Origin: an uncultured delta proteobacterium
Lineage (GTDB): Bacteria > Desulfobacterota > Binatia > Binatales > Binataceae
Assembly (NCBI GenBank): GCA_963842085.1
Contig: CAWJET010000001.1
Span: forward strand, 2,080,001-2,144,000
Length of the DNA stretch: 64,000 nt
Direction: 5' to 3'
Shown one piece after another: positions 18,742 to 29,324 of the stretch. A program made the translations under genes and the position numbers. Within the stretch, counting starts at the first letter, position 1. Every line of letters begins with the position of its first letter. The notes below the pieces were generated by a model. The model was given only the letters and a program-made list of their open reading frames with translations, was not told where the DNA came from and did no database searches.

Positions 18742-19395
18742 TCAACCGGTATGCGGCCAGGCGCGGTCCCATCGCTCGTCGTGAATCCCCGGGAACACAG
18801 GCTTGCGCAGGGGCCGTTTGAAAGCGTCGGCCGGATAGCCCATCGGCACCAGCGCAATCAGCTGATACTGCTCCGGCACGCCGAGAAGTGCCTTGGTCTC
18901 GGGCTCGCGGCTGCTGAGCATCGTGGTCATCGCGGTGCCGACGCCAAGTGCGCGCGCGGCGAGCATCATCAGTTCGATCGCTGGGAAGATCGAGCCGTAG
19001 GTCGCGCCGAAGTTGAAAAGGTCTTCAGTGCTGCCGCGCTCGACGCGCATCTTCGGCCGATCGAGAAAGACCACGACGTGAACCGGGACGATCGCCAACT
19101 GCGCGGCGAACTCATCGCCGGTCTTGATTGCCTTGACCGCGCGCGGCGACAGGGTCGTGCGTCCGCGGATGATTGCGCTGTCCTTATAGGGACCCCATAC
19201 CGCCTCGTACAGCCGCTGGATTTCGCGCCGTGCTGCGCCGTCGCGCACGACGACAAACTCCCACGGCTGCGCGTTGGAGCCCGACGGCGCCATGTTCGCG
19301 GTCTCGAGGATTTTCACCAGCTCCGCCTCCTGGATCGGGCGGTCGAGGAAACGGCGCATCGTGGGCGTTGAGGTGGCGACTTCGAAGAAATCCAT
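18742..19395 (-). CDS. Nitroreductase family protein
   Basis: MRRF..APSGSNAQPWEFVVV..LAARALGVGT..PMGYP; GGAGG RBS. Confidence 0.9.
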   Translation of the reverse strand: MDFFEVATSTPTMRRFLDRPIQEAELVKILETANMAPSGSNAQPWEFVVVRDGAARREIQRLYEAVWGPYKDSAIIRGRTTLSPRAVKAIKTGDEFAAQLAIVPVHVVVFLDRPKMRVERGSTEDLFNFGATYGSIFPAIELMMLAARALGVGTAMTTMLSSREPETKALLGVPEQYQLIALVPMGYPADAFKRPLRKPVFPGIHDERWDRAWPHTG

Positions 19396-19427
19396 CGGCG
19401 GCCTCCAGGATTGGTGACTTGGGACTC

Positions 19428-20501
19428 TTAGACTAGTTCGATCGGATGTTCGCGACGTGCGACGACGCGGCCGACGACCGCGGCATCGCGATGCCCGCTG
19501 TTCTGAAGCTCGGCGAGCAGGGCAAGAGACTGCTCCTCGGGAATCGCGATGAGCAACCCGCCCGAGGTCTGCGGATCGAAGGCGATCGTCGCGATCTCGT
19601 CGGCAACTTCGTCTGAGATGCGGACGCTTGGCGCGTAATACTCGCGATTGCGCTCGCCGCCGCCGGGGATCATTCCGGCGCGGCATTGCTCGAGCACGCC
19701 GGGCAGCAGCGGCAGGTCGGATTCCTCGAACACGAGCGTAACGCCACTGCCCTCGGCCATCTTGAGCGCGTGACCGGCGAGACCGAACCCCGTGATGTCG
19801 GTGGCGGCGTGAACGTCGTACTTGAGCATCGCCGATGCGGCCGCGGCGTTGAGCTGCGTCATCGAGCGGACGGCGGCCTGGTAAGGCTCGTCGGCCAGCT
19901 TGTCGCGCTTGAACGCGGTCATCAGGATTCCCGTGCCGAGCGCCTTGCTGAGCACGAGCGCGTCGCCAACTTGCGCGCCGACATTGCGCACGATTCGGTG
20001 CGGATCGATCACGCCGGTGATAGCCATCCCGAATTTCACTTCTTCGTCGGCGACGGTGTGACCGCCGACGATTACGACGCCGGCCTCGCGCGCTTTGTCG
20101 GCGGCGCCGCGCAGAATTTCGGCGAGCATCTCACCCGGCAGTCCCGACTGCGGCCAGCATACGATGTTGAGCGCGGTGCGCGGCACCCCGCCCATCGCGT
20201 AAACGTCCGACAGCGCGTTGGCGGCGGAGATCTGTCCGTAGGTGAAGGGATCGTCAACCACCGGCGTGAAAAAATCGACGGTGTTCACGATCGCAAGATC
20301 GTCGGAAAGACGGAACACTCCGGCGTCGTCGCCCGTGGAGATTCCGACGAGCAAATCAGGGTGGCTCGGCAAATCGAGCCGCGCGAGGACTGCGGAAAGG
20401 TCCGCCGGACCGAGCTTACCGGCTCAACCCGCAGCCTTGCACCGCGCAGTCAGGCGAACCAGGTCGCCCCGCGAGGGATTGTTGTCCTTCGTTTTGGACA
20501 T
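19428..20501 (-). CDS. selD: Selenide, water dikinase (selenophosphate synthetase), selenocysteine-containing
   Basis: MSKTKDNNPSRGDLVRLTARCKAAG-UGA-AGKLGPADL continues in frame into DDAGV, DFFTPVVDDP, GGHT, TDITGFGL, DPQTSGGLL; UGA (20424-20426) is at the catalytic Cys/Sec position. Confidence 0.93.
20397..20423 (-). promoter_or_regulatory. Bacterial SECIS hairpin in selD
   Basis: After UGA: GCCGGUAAGCUC-GGUCC-GGC-GGACC-UU; 5-bp apical stem with G-first loop 17 nt downstream of UGA. Confidence 0.75.
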
Positions 20502-20598
20502 CGCACCCATTGTCGCGCATCCCGGCGCCGAAGTCAGCCGCACGTACACAACTCAGCCGACCAGCTCCCAATCCTATCCTCTCCCTGACAGAGAGAGG

Positions 20599-22530
20599 CT
20601 AAGACTTGAGGCGGAGGCGGCGGGTGTCGCCGACGCGGGTGGTTACACCACTGTGGTCGAAGTGATCGAGCAGCGCGATTGCGAACTTGCGCGACGCGCC
20701 CAGCAGGTCGCGGAAGACGGCGGCCGTGATTTCATTGTGAGTATGGAGATAGTCGACTACGCGGGCGCGGGCGGTATCGGCGGCAGCGCGGCTGAAATAC
20801 AGGTCGGTGGCTATCTTGACCACGCGGCCTTCGCGTTCCATCGCGAGCAGCACCGTTCTGAGACGCGCGAGTTGGTTGGCGGGAATTTTCAATGCCTCGG
20901 CTAACTGCTTGAGATCCGGTGGTTGGAACTGCGCGTTTGTCAGTGCGGCATCGATGCTGGCGCCGAGCGTTTCGGCGTCGCCGCCGAGTTGTACTCGATG
21001 GCCCTTAAGGCGGAGCACGCTTTCCTCGCGCACGATTTCGGATTCGTGGCTCAGGCGATCGATTATCGGACGGAACGCGCGCGCGCCGATTTCGTAGGGC
21101 AGGCGCGTGCGCAGCGCTTCCATCTCGAGGCCCGCTGACAGCGGCTCCTTCTTATGATGCTTCTCGAGCGCGTCGAGCGCGAAGCGTTTCAGCTCGTCCC
21201 ACCTGGTTCGCGTGGTGAAAGCTTCTTCGTCGCCAACTGACAGCTTGATGAAGCGAGGCGCCTGGCGAAGCGCCGCGTCGGCCTCCGCGTCAGGGATGTT
21301 CATCAGGGTTGCAATCCTGATCGCGCCGAGCGCGAAACTCTCCTGCAAATTGATCAACGCTTCGAGCGCGTCGGCGCCGGACGAATACTTGAGCATGCGG
21401 AGATTGGCGCGATAGGCCTCGATCGGCTTGCGGGAGCGGCGGCCCATCGGGTTCAGCACCACGCCGCCGCCGAGTGTGCGCGAATTGGTTTCGTCGCGGA
21501 TGACGAAGCGGTCGCCCGCCAGTGCGACGACAGGGTCTTCGCTCACGAGCTGCGCGAAGCCGGCGGCCTTGGGCGCGATCGCGCCTGCGTCCTCGAGCAC
21601 GATTGCGCGCGCGATGGTCTCTGCCGTGCCGATAAACAGGCGCACACGCGTGTTGTTCCTGAGCGAGCGCTTGGCGGCGGGACGAATCTCGAGCCACGCG
21701 TCGAAACGCGCGGTGGCGGACTCGATCCGCTCGTCGGCGAGCACGTCGCCGCGGGCAAGCCCGAGCTTTTCAGCGCCGGTGAGATTGAGTGCGACGCGCT
21801 GGCATAGGCCGGCGCTGTCGACGGAGTCCGAATGCACCTGGATCGAGCGCACACGGACCTCATTGCCCGACGGCAGCACGCGGAGCTTGTCGCCGACGCG
21901 GACCTCGGCGCCCATCGCGGTGCCCGTGACGACGATGCCGTGCCCCTTGATAACGAACGCGCGATCGAGCGGCAGCCGGAAGACACCGGTCGCGCGACGC
22001 GCCTGGAAGCCGTCGAGCTGGCGGACGATCTCGGCGCGTAATTTGTCCAGGCCGAGGCCAGTCGTCGACGAGACCTCGAGGACCGGTGCGTCGACGAGCG
22101 TGGTGGCGTCGGCCAGCAGCTCGATCTCGTCGCGCACGTCGCGGATGCGCGCCGGGTCGGCGAGGTCGGCCTTGGTGATGACGAAAATGCCGCGGCGGGT
22201 GCCGAGCAAGTGGAGGATGTCGAGATGCTCCTCGGTCTGCGGCATCACGCCGTCGTCGGCCGCCACAGTGAACAGCACGAGGTCGATGCCGTGGGCGCCG
22301 GCCAGCATGTTGCGGATGAAGCGCTCGTGGCCGGGGACGTCAACGACACCGGCGCGAGTGCCATCGGGCAGCGTGAAGTAAGCGAAGCCAAGGTCGATGG
22401 AAATCCCGCGCTCCTTTTCCTCCTTGAGGCGATCGGTGTCCTGGCCGGTGAGCGCCTTGATGAGCGCGGTCTTGCCGTGATCGATGTGGCCGGCGGTGCC
22501 GATGATGGCATGGGTGGTGGGGGAAGTCAT
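20599..22530 (-). CDS. selB: Selenocysteine-specific translation elongation factor
   Basis: [28 protein letters not shown]-terminal winged-helix [20 protein letters not shown]. Confidence 0.96.
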   Translation of the reverse strand: MTSPTTHAIIGTAGHIDHGKTALIKALTGQDTDRLKEEKERGISIDLGFAYFTLPDGTRAGVVDVPGHERFIRNMLAGAHGIDLVLFTVAADDGVMPQTEEHLDILHLLGTRRGIFVITKADLADPARIRDVRDEIELLADATTLVDAPVLEVSSTTGLGLDKLRAEIVRQLDGFQARRATGVFRLPLDRAFVIKGHGIVVTGTAMGAEVRVGDKLRVLPSGNEVRVRSIQVHSDSVDSAGLCQRVALNLTGAEKLGLARGDVLADERIESATARFDAWLEIRPAAKRSLRNNTRVRLFIGTAETIARAIVLEDAGAIAPKAAGFAQLVSEDPVVALAGDRFVIRDETNSRTLGGGVVLNPMGRRSRKPIEAYRANLRMLKYSSGADALEALINLQESFALGAIRIATLMNIPDAEADAALRQAPRFIKLSVGDEEAFTTRTRWDELKRFALDALEKHHKKEPLSAGLEMEALRTRLPYEIGARAFRPIIDRLSHESEIVREESVLRLKGHRVQLGGDAETLGASIDAALTNAQFQPPDLKQLAEALKIPANQLARLRTVLLAMEREGRVVKIATDLYFSRAAADTARARVVDYLHTHNEITAAVFRDLLGASRKFAIALLDHFDHSGVTTRVGDTRRLRLKS

Positions 22531-22716
22531 CGCGGGAATCTTACACTGCGAGCGGCAGGTGGCGTAGGGTGCCGGGGTTGGCGGTTACCTTCATCGATTG
22601 TTCGCCTGTCGTTTGCTGATTAACGTCCAATGTTCGCTCGATTTGAACCGACCGTTCAGGGCGTTTTAACGCCTTGAGGTTGAAGACGCTTTAGTTGTCT
22701 TCGGGAGGCGAGCGAA

Positions 22717-22896
22717 ATGACTACCGTACTCACGCACAAACAGTTGGCGGCGATTCGCGGCTTCGAGAAACCGCAGGGCGAAACGGAGGGACTCACTTTG
22801 AGCCAGCAATGCTTTCTGTCCGAACTGCCGGGCGTGGTCTTTGGCGTCGTCACGTTGATCTGGATCGTCGGCACCCTGGGTTTGCTGATCCGCTAG
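22717..22896 (+). CDS. 59-aa small protein with C-terminal TM helix
   Basis: GGAGG RBS 8 nt before ATG; MTTVLTHKQL..LPGVVFGVVTLIWIVGTLGLLIR; just under the shortest ORFs in the track. Confidence 0.6.
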   Translation: MTTVLTHKQLAAIRGFEKPQGETEGLTLSQQCFLSELPGVVFGVVTLIWIVGTLGLLIR

Positions 22897-22914
22897 GCCG
22901 CGCAAGCGATCCGC

Positions 22915-25293
22915 TCAAGGCAGGAATTTCTTGAGCGCGTTAATCGGGTTTGGAATCGAGGGAATCGCCGATCCAGCCGACGGTGCGCCGACGATCGAAC
23001 CCACCGCGTTCACTCCGCCGCGGATTATGTTGCCGGGCGCGTTGATCGCGCCCATCGCCACGCGCTCCGCCAGCGTCGGCACGTCCGGCAACACCAGCAC
23101 GTCCGGCAGCTTGCCCCTCACCGTCACCGGGATCGCGGCCTGCAGTCCGAGCGCGAGCCGGATGTCGCCGCTCATATCCATGTTCTTGTCCATGTCGAAC
23201 CAGCCGTCGCCCGTGATCGCGTAATCCGGCGACTGCGCGAAGAGATCATGCGTCGTGAACCGCGGCCCCATCTCCTGAAAGCTCATGCGGGCCGATTGCA
23301 GTTCGGTGTTTGGATCGACCAGCAGCCCGTGATGACTCGACATGAACGCCACGTTGACGAGCTGGCTGACGCCCGGCGCCTTCGCGACTGCGTTGAGCGC
23401 GTCGGCCACGATATTGACGCCCATCAGCTTGCCGTTTGCGATGGCCACTCGTCCGCTGCCGCGCAATGTTGGCCTGATTCGATTCCAGTCGGCGCCGCTG
23501 CCGGAAACTGCGACGTTGCCCGTCAGAAAACCGCGCACGGTGCTAGCTGCACCGATATTTTGCGAGCGCAGAGCCTGTTCGAGGTTCAGATTTCTCATCA
23601 CCAGCGTGAGGTTGAACGTCGGCACGGCGCCAAAAACCGCGTCCGCATCCGCCGTCAGCGAGCCGCCGAACATATCGACATTCAGGGGACGCGCCGACGC
23701 GCGGCCATTTAAATACGCCGCCGTCAGATCGAGATTGTTGTATGAAACATTTTCGAGCGATCCGTCCGTCGATTGGATCGCCGCACTGATTCGCGGCGAC
23801 GCCAGCTCGCCGTCAGCCGTGCCTTTGACTGCCAGCCCGTCGATCACGTCGCCCGGCGGACGACTGGCGAATATCTGCGCGAGCTTCACCGAGTCCGCCT
23901 TCAGCGCGTAGCTCGCCTTGAGCGGGCTTAACGATTCGACTCGTCCCGCGAGATTTGCGTGCGCGGAACCGAACGTGAAACTCGTCGGTTCGACGACTTC
24001 GATCCCGTTGGCGAAGCGAATCGTGCCATTCAGATCGGTGATTCCTGTCTGCCACGACGGCACCGGCTTCAGCGCCACCTGTTTCAACGTCGCCGATCCA
24101 TCAAAGGCCGGTGCGTTGCTGCCGAGCTTCGCGGTGCCGTGAACTTCGCCCATGCCCGCCACGCCGTACCCGGCCGCCGCAGTTATCATCGCGCTGAGAT
24201 TGGCAAGGTTGAAGCTGTTCGAATCGACTTGCGCACTCAAGGGTTGCGCGCCGCCGCCCGCGAACCTGCTGGCGGTCACTTCGAGATCGGACAGCTTCAG
24301 GTTGACGCTGGCTGGCTCGAGCTGCTCGCCCCAGGTGCCGTTCGCATTCACCGTCATCGCCGTGCCGGCCGGCTTGTTGAAGAGAGCGGCGTATGCGACC
24401 CGGTTCGCCGTCAGGTCGGTGCTTATCGCAATTGCGAGCTTGCCGACCGTTCCGCGCACAGTGCCGCTGACAGACACCGGATCGGGAATTGAAAGCCCCG
24501 GCGGTATCTTTGAGCCCACGTCGGCGAGCGGCCGGATGCTGTCGAGCAGGAGCGAGTCGAGCTTCAATCTCAGATCGACGGGAATTCCGGACGCGTCCAT
24601 TACGCCTTGATCGAGCAGCGGTCCGACCGTTCCCGACGCCTCGACGTTCTGCGTGTCGCCCGGAAAAGCGAACTTGGTCTCGACGTCGAACGCCGACGCG
24701 GCGTTGAAATTTGTGACGTCGAAATCCAGGTGATGGACGCGAATCGGCGCCATCCTTTCGCCAAGATCGTTGAAATAGATCTCGCCGTCCTCGATGCTGA
24801 GCGCCTTTATCGACAACTGGGCCAGCGACGATCTCTTCGCGCGCCGGCTCGGCATCGGTTCGGTTTTGCGTCGCGCCTCATCGGGGTTGGCGCCAAGAGA
24901 GCTCACATTCAGGTCGCCCCGCGCATTCGTCACGATTCTGATGTCGGGTTTGATCAGTTCAAGCCGGATGACCTTCGCCTCACCCCGAAGCAGCGGGAAA
25001 AACTCGACGTCCACCGACACGTCATTGGCGGCGAGAAACGGTCTTTCAGAAAATGCGGGGTCATCGGCGATCTTGAGACCTGTCACCTCGACCGACACGC
25101 CCCATCCCATCTGCGCCTGTATCTTCCCGACCTCGACGCGACGGCCAAGCGCGTCGCTCACGCGCGCCAGTATTCGTTTCTCATTGCGCGCGACGATCGA
25201 ACTCAGATTGAAGAATGCGTATGCGGTAAGCCCCGCCGCGATCAGCGCGAGTACGCCAGCGACGGTGCCCGAGATGAGTAGTATCCTGCGCAA
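22915..25293 (-). CDS. AsmA family protein
   Basis: N-terminal anchor, ALGRRVEVGKI, beta-rich body, LRGSGRVAIANGKL AsmA-like C-terminus. Confidence 0.85.
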   Translation of the reverse strand: MRRILLISGTVAGVLALIAAGLTAYAFFNLSSIVARNEKRILARVSDALGRRVEVGKIQAQMGWGVSVEVTGLKIADDPAFSERPFLAANDVSVDVEFFPLLRGEAKVIRLELIKPDIRIVTNARGDLNVSSLGANPDEARRKTEPMPSRRAKRSSLAQLSIKALSIEDGEIYFNDLGERMAPIRVHHLDFDVTNFNAASAFDVETKFAFPGDTQNVEASGTVGPLLDQGVMDASGIPVDLRLKLDSLLLDSIRPLADVGSKIPPGLSIPDPVSVSGTVRGTVGKLAIAISTDLTANRVAYAALFNKPAGTAMTVNANGTWGEQLEPASVNLKLSDLEVTASRFAGGGAQPLSAQVDSNSFNLANLSAMITAAAGYGVAGMGEVHGTAKLGSNAPAFDGSATLKQVALKPVPSWQTGITDLNGTIRFANGIEVVEPTSFTFGSAHANLAGRVESLSPLKASYALKADSVKLAQIFASRPPGDVIDGLAVKGTADGELASPRISAAIQSTDGSLENVSYNNLDLTAAYLNGRASARPLNVDMFGGSLTADADAVFGAVPTFNLTLVMRNLNLEQALRSQNIGAASTVRGFLTGNVAVSGSGADWNRIRPTLRGSGRVAIANGKLMGVNIVADALNAVAKAPGVSQLVNVAFMSSHHGLLVDPNTELQSARMSFQEMGPRFTTHDLFAQSPDYAITGDGWFDMDKNMDMSGDIRLALGLQAAIPVTVRGKLPDVLVLPDVPTLAERVAMGAINAPGNIIRGGVNAVGSIVGAPSAGSAIPSIPNPINALKKFLP

Positions 25294-25323
25294 GGCTGCC
25301 TCTGTCGCGAGTTGATTAGCGAA

Positions 25324-26739
25324 TCATCCGGTACCGCGAGTGAAGTGATCCGCGATCACGTTCGCGACACAGCAAGTCACCTTCCTGGCCGTCGGTATGT
25401 GAAGAAACTCATTGGGGCCGTGGGCGTTGGCGTGAGGTCCTAGCACGCCAGTGATCAGAAATTGCGAGCGCGGGAAACGCTCGCCCAACATTCCCATGAA
25501 TGGAATCGTGCCGCCTTCGCCCATGTAGGCGGTCGGCTTGCCGAAGTAGTCATTCGAGGCCGCGTCGAGGCTGCGCTCGAGCCACGGCGAGAGTTCCGGC
25601 GCGTCCCATCCGCTGGCGCCCCAGTTGGGCCGGAAACTCACCTTGCATCCATACGGCGGATCCTTCTCCAGAATGTGTTTCAGCTTTTGCGACGCGACTT
25701 TTGGATCGACCGTGGGCGGCAGTCTGAGCGACAAACTCAATCCCGTGCCCGGGCGCAGCACGTTGCCGGCGTTGCCGGTCGGCGGCAGGCCGTCGGCGCC
25801 GATGATCGAAAGTGCGGGGCGCCACGCGCGGTTGAGGATAAGCTCGGTGGGATCGTCGCTTACGGGTCGCGCGTGTTCGACGAATGGAAATTTGGTGCTG
25901 ATGTCGTCGCCGAGCACTACGGCGGCGGCCGCCGCCTGCTTGACGCGCGCGTCGGGGATTTTCGCGTAAAATTCCGGCGCGAGCACCTTGCCCGTCGCCT
26001 CGTCCTCGACGCGGCTCAGCAACTGCCGCACGATGCGGAAGCTGTCAGGCACGACACCGCCGGCGTCGCCCGAGTGCACGCCTTCGGTGAGCACCTCGAC
26101 CTGGAGCTTCCCGCCGACCAGCCCGCGCAACGACGTGGTCAACCAGAGTTGGTCGTAGTTGCCGCATCCCGAGTCCAGCGCGATGCACAGGCTCGGCTGC
26201 CCGATCCGGCTCGCCAGATGCTCGATGTAATGCGGGAGATCGAAGCTGCCGCTTTCCTCGCAAGCTTCGACGATCACGACGCATCGCGCGTGTCGAATCG
26301 AGTTCGCCTGCAGCGCGCCGATCGCGCCGAGGCACGCGAACATCGCGTAGCCGTCGTCGGCGCTGCCGCGGCCGTACAACCGATCGCCCTCGAGCACGGG
26401 CTGCCACGGACCCAGCCCTTCGCGCCATCCCGACATCTCGGGCTGCTTGTCCATGTGCCCATAGAGCAGCACGCAATCTTTCGAGTCGCCGGGAATTTCG
26501 ATGAACAAGAACGGGGTACGGCCCTCGAGCCGCACGACCTCCAGCGTCATGCCGCGGATCGGCTGGCGGCGCGCCCAATCCTCGAAGCGCGCGACAACGC
26601 GGTCCATATGGCCGTGCGCTTTCCAGTCGCGATCGAACGCGACCGACTTGTTGGGGATGCGAATGTACTCGATCAGTTCGCCGACTATGGAGGTGTCCCA
26701 AAGCCGCTCGACGTAAGCCCGAATCGCTGACTTGTCCAT
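25324..26739 (-). CDS. M20/M25/M40 family metallopeptidase
   Basis: LYGHMDKQP, GRGSADDG, CEESGS, NAHGPNE. Confidence 0.92.
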   Translation of the reverse strand: MDKSAIRAYVERLWDTSIVGELIEYIRIPNKSVAFDRDWKAHGHMDRVVARFEDWARRQPIRGMTLEVVRLEGRTPFLFIEIPGDSKDCVLLYGHMDKQPEMSGWREGLGPWQPVLEGDRLYGRGSADDGYAMFACLGAIGALQANSIRHARCVVIVEACEESGSFDLPHYIEHLASRIGQPSLCIALDSGCGNYDQLWLTTSLRGLVGGKLQVEVLTEGVHSGDAGGVVPDSFRIVRQLLSRVEDEATGKVLAPEFYAKIPDARVKQAAAAAVVLGDDISTKFPFVEHARPVSDDPTELILNRAWRPALSIIGADGLPPTGNAGNVLRPGTGLSLSLRLPPTVDPKVASQKLKHILEKDPPYGCKVSFRPNWGASGWDAPELSPWLERSLDAASNDYFGKPTAYMGEGGTIPFMGMLGERFPRSQFLITGVLGPHANAHGPNEFLHIPTARKVTCCVANVIADHFTRGTG

Positions 26740-26777
26740 GACGAAAGCCTACGCGAGATGCGTGGCGATTGGCAAAA

Positions 26778-27278
26778 TCAACCGCGGTCAGCGATCGCGG
26801 ACGACATGCTTTGAATCAACAAATTCAGCGCGGCGGCTGCGAACGTGCGCATGTTGGCGAGGCGATCGGCGCTGCCTGTTTCGACGGTGAGCGAGCGCTC
26901 GGCCGGGCCTGCGACGGCGATGCAACTGTGGCCGGCGGCGTCGCCGTAACGATTGCCGGTGGGTCCGCTCGCGCCGATCTCCGCGATGCTCCAGGTGACG
27001 GCGAAGCGCGTGCGGGCGGCGCGCGCCAGGATCATCGCGCCTTCTTCAGTCACCGATTTGATTCCGGCAAATGCGGAATCGGGAACGTCGAGCATCGCGC
27101 GCCGCGCTTTGAGAGTGTAAACGACGGCGCCGCCGATGAAGTAGGCCGAAGCGCCCGGGACGCTCAGCAGCGCGGCTGAGACAAGGCCTCCGGTAGAGGA
27201 TTCGGCGACCGCAACGTTCTCGCGCCGGTTTTTGAGCATTGCCGCAATTTTTTCCGCCGGCGGAATCAGATCCTGCAT
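26778..27278 (-). CDS. CinA C-terminal/PncC family protein
   Basis: VAVAESSTGGLVS..PGASAYF..GASGP. Confidence 0.85.
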   Translation of the reverse strand: MQDLIPPAEKIAAMLKNRRENVAVAESSTGGLVSAALLSVPGASAYFIGGAVVYTLKARRAMLDVPDSAFAGIKSVTEEGAMILARAARTRFAVTWSIAEIGASGPTGNRYGDAAGHSCIAVAGPAERSLTVETGSADRLANMRTFAAAALNLLIQSMSSAIADRG

Positions 27279-27312
27279 GTCGGCCTCTTCAAAATTTAGC
27301 ATCGACGCAATC

Positions 27313-27942
27313 CTATTGTGCGGCGCATCCGTCGAGAAAGATCGACGTGATGATATCGACCGCGCGATCGGGGGTCGTGTACTCGCGACCGTAGCGGTTG
27401 ATCCCGCGCATCATGCCCAGCAGCGATTCGGCCGCGATGCGCGTGTCGATGCCGGCGCGCATCGCACCACGCTGGACGCCGTCGTCGAGAACCCCGCTTA
27501 TCAATCGCGACAAGTCATTGCGCTGAGCTCGATACTGGCGCTCCTGCAAGGGCGGCAACGCCTTGGGATCGCGCAGCAGGGCGAAGAACTGGCGGCGAGT
27601 CCAGAAAAATTTGAGAGCATGGTGGACGATCGCGGCGATCTGCTCGCGCATCGAGGTGCATCCCGCCAGCGCCGTGCGAATTTCGCGCTGCAGTTCGGCG
27701 AAGCCGTTGATTACGACGGCGGCGTAGAGCTCCTCTTTCGATTTGAACTGGCGGTAGACGCTGCCTTTGCCGACTCCGGCGTGAGCGGCAATCTCGTCGA
27801 TCAACACCAGCTCGAATTCCCTCTCGGCAAAGAGTTCGGTGGCGCTCCTCAGGATTCGCTCGCGCAGGAAAGGCGTTGACGGCCGGCCGCGGCCGTCTTT
27901 GCGGCGAATCGGCAGCGAAATCGGTTGTCGCTTGACGGTCAT
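27313..27942 (-). CDS. TetR/AcrR family transcriptional regulator
   Basis: IAAHAGVGKGSVYRQFKSKEELY HTH; divergent from RND operon. Confidence 0.92.
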   Translation of the reverse strand: MTVKRQPISLPIRRKDGRGRPSTPFLRERILRSATELFAEREFELVLIDEIAAHAGVGKGSVYRQFKSKEELYAAVVINGFAELQREIRTALAGCTSMREQIAAIVHHALKFFWTRRQFFALLRDPKALPPLQERQYRAQRNDLSRLISGVLDDGVQRGAMRAGIDTRIAAESLLGMMRGINRYGREYTTPDRAVDIITSIFLDGCAAQ

Positions 27943-28005
27943 GCCTGGAAACCTGCAATCATTAAGATTCGTAGATCCGTAGTCGCAGCTCGCACATCTG
28001 AAATA

Positions 28006-28021
28006 TGGACTGGCGAGTCCA
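28006..28021. promoter_or_regulatory. Candidate TetR operator
   Basis: Perfect inverted repeat TGGACT-GGCG-AGTCCA in the tetR/mdtA divergent intergenic region. Confidence 0.6.
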
Positions 28022-28082
28022 AAATTGCAACAATAGACCTATGAGCGGCGTTTGCTAGTTTGGAGAAGGCGGCAACGAGAAC

Positions 28083-29324
28083 ATGATGGATTCAGACGGT
28101 CCGACGACCGGAAAGCCCAGTGCCTCGCGATTTATGCAGGACGCCGAAGTGCCCAGTTGGCTTGACAAAGCTATGCAACGATGGCGGTTGTGGTTGGTCG
28201 TTCTCATCGTCGCGGTCGCGGGTATCTACTATTTCAGCGGCCGAAGCGCCACTGATTCTTCCACGGCGGCCTCTCCAACCGCGGTACATATTGTTCCGGT
28301 CGCGGCAGTGCCGGCGAAGCTCGGCGATCTGAAGCAGTACATATCTGCGATCGGAACGGTGACTCCCTACAACACGGTCACCGTAAAGAGCCGGGTGGAT
28401 GGACAGCTCGACAAGGTAAACTTTAAAGAGGGACAAATGGTAAAGGCCGGCGACCTGCTGGCTGAGATCGATCCGCGTCCGTACCAGGTGGCGCTGACCC
28501 AGGCCGAAGGTACGCTCGCCAAGGATCAGGCGTCGCTCGAAAACGCCAAGCTTCAATTCGCACGCGACCAGGAACTCTACAATCAAAAGGTTCTCGCACG
28601 TCAGGACCTGGACAACCAGCAGGCGCTGGTTGGGCAGTACGCCGGCGCGATCGAGAGCGACAAGGGCGCGGTGGATAACGCCAAGCTCCAACTGACTTAC
28701 AGCCACATCACGTCGCCGATAACAGGGCGAGTTGGGCTCCGGCTGGTGGACCCGGGCAATATCATTCATGCGACCGACGCGACGGGACTCGCGGTGATCA
28801 CGCAACTGCAGCCGATCGCGGTTGATTTCAGCATTCCGGAGGACGACCTGCCGAGCCTCGAGACCGCGATGAAGACCGATCCTCACTTGCCGGTCGAGGC
28901 TTACGATCGCGACCTCAAGCACAAACTCGCGGAGGGAAATGTGCTCACGACCGACAACGAGATCGATCAGTCGACCGGCACGATCAAGCTGAAGGCGGCC
29001 TTTCCCAATGAGGACAACGCGCTGTTTCCAAATCAATTCGTCAACGCGAAGCTGCTCGTCAATACCCTGCAAAATGCGATTCTGATTCCGGCGGCGGCGG
29101 TCCAGCGCAGCCAACAGGGCTCGTTTGTTTATGTCGTCAAACCCGATCACACCGTCGAGATGCGTCCGGTGACGGTAGGCGCAACCCAGGGCGAGGTGGT
29201 CGCGATAGACAAGGGTCTTGCCGTCGGCGACCTGGTGGTGACCGACGGCGTGGACAAGCTGCAACAAGGATCGCATGTGAGTGTGCAGACGGCGGCAATT
29301 CCGCCTGGGAGCACCACTCCTTGA
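28083..29324 (+). CDS. mdtA: RND efflux periplasmic adaptor, MdtA/MuxA family
   Basis: [40 protein letters not shown]. Confidence 0.9.
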   Translation: MMDSDGPTTGKPSASRFMQDAEVPSWLDKAMQRWRLWLVVLIVAVAGIYYFSGRSATDSSTAASPTAVHIVPVAAVPAKLGDLKQYISAIGTVTPYNTVTVKSRVDGQLDKVNFKEGQMVKAGDLLAEIDPRPYQVALTQAEGTLAKDQASLENAKLQFARDQELYNQKVLARQDLDNQQALVGQYAGAIESDKGAVDNAKLQLTYSHITSPITGRVGLRLVDPGNIIHATDATGLAVITQLQPIAVDFSIPEDDLPSLETAMKTDPHLPVEAYDRDLKHKLAEGNVLTTDNEIDQSTGTIKLKAAFPNEDNALFPNQFVNAKLLVNTLQNAILIPAAAVQRSQQGSFVYVVKPDHTVEMRPVTVGATQGEVVAIDKGLAVGDLVVTDGVDKLQQGSHVSVQTAAIPPGSTTP

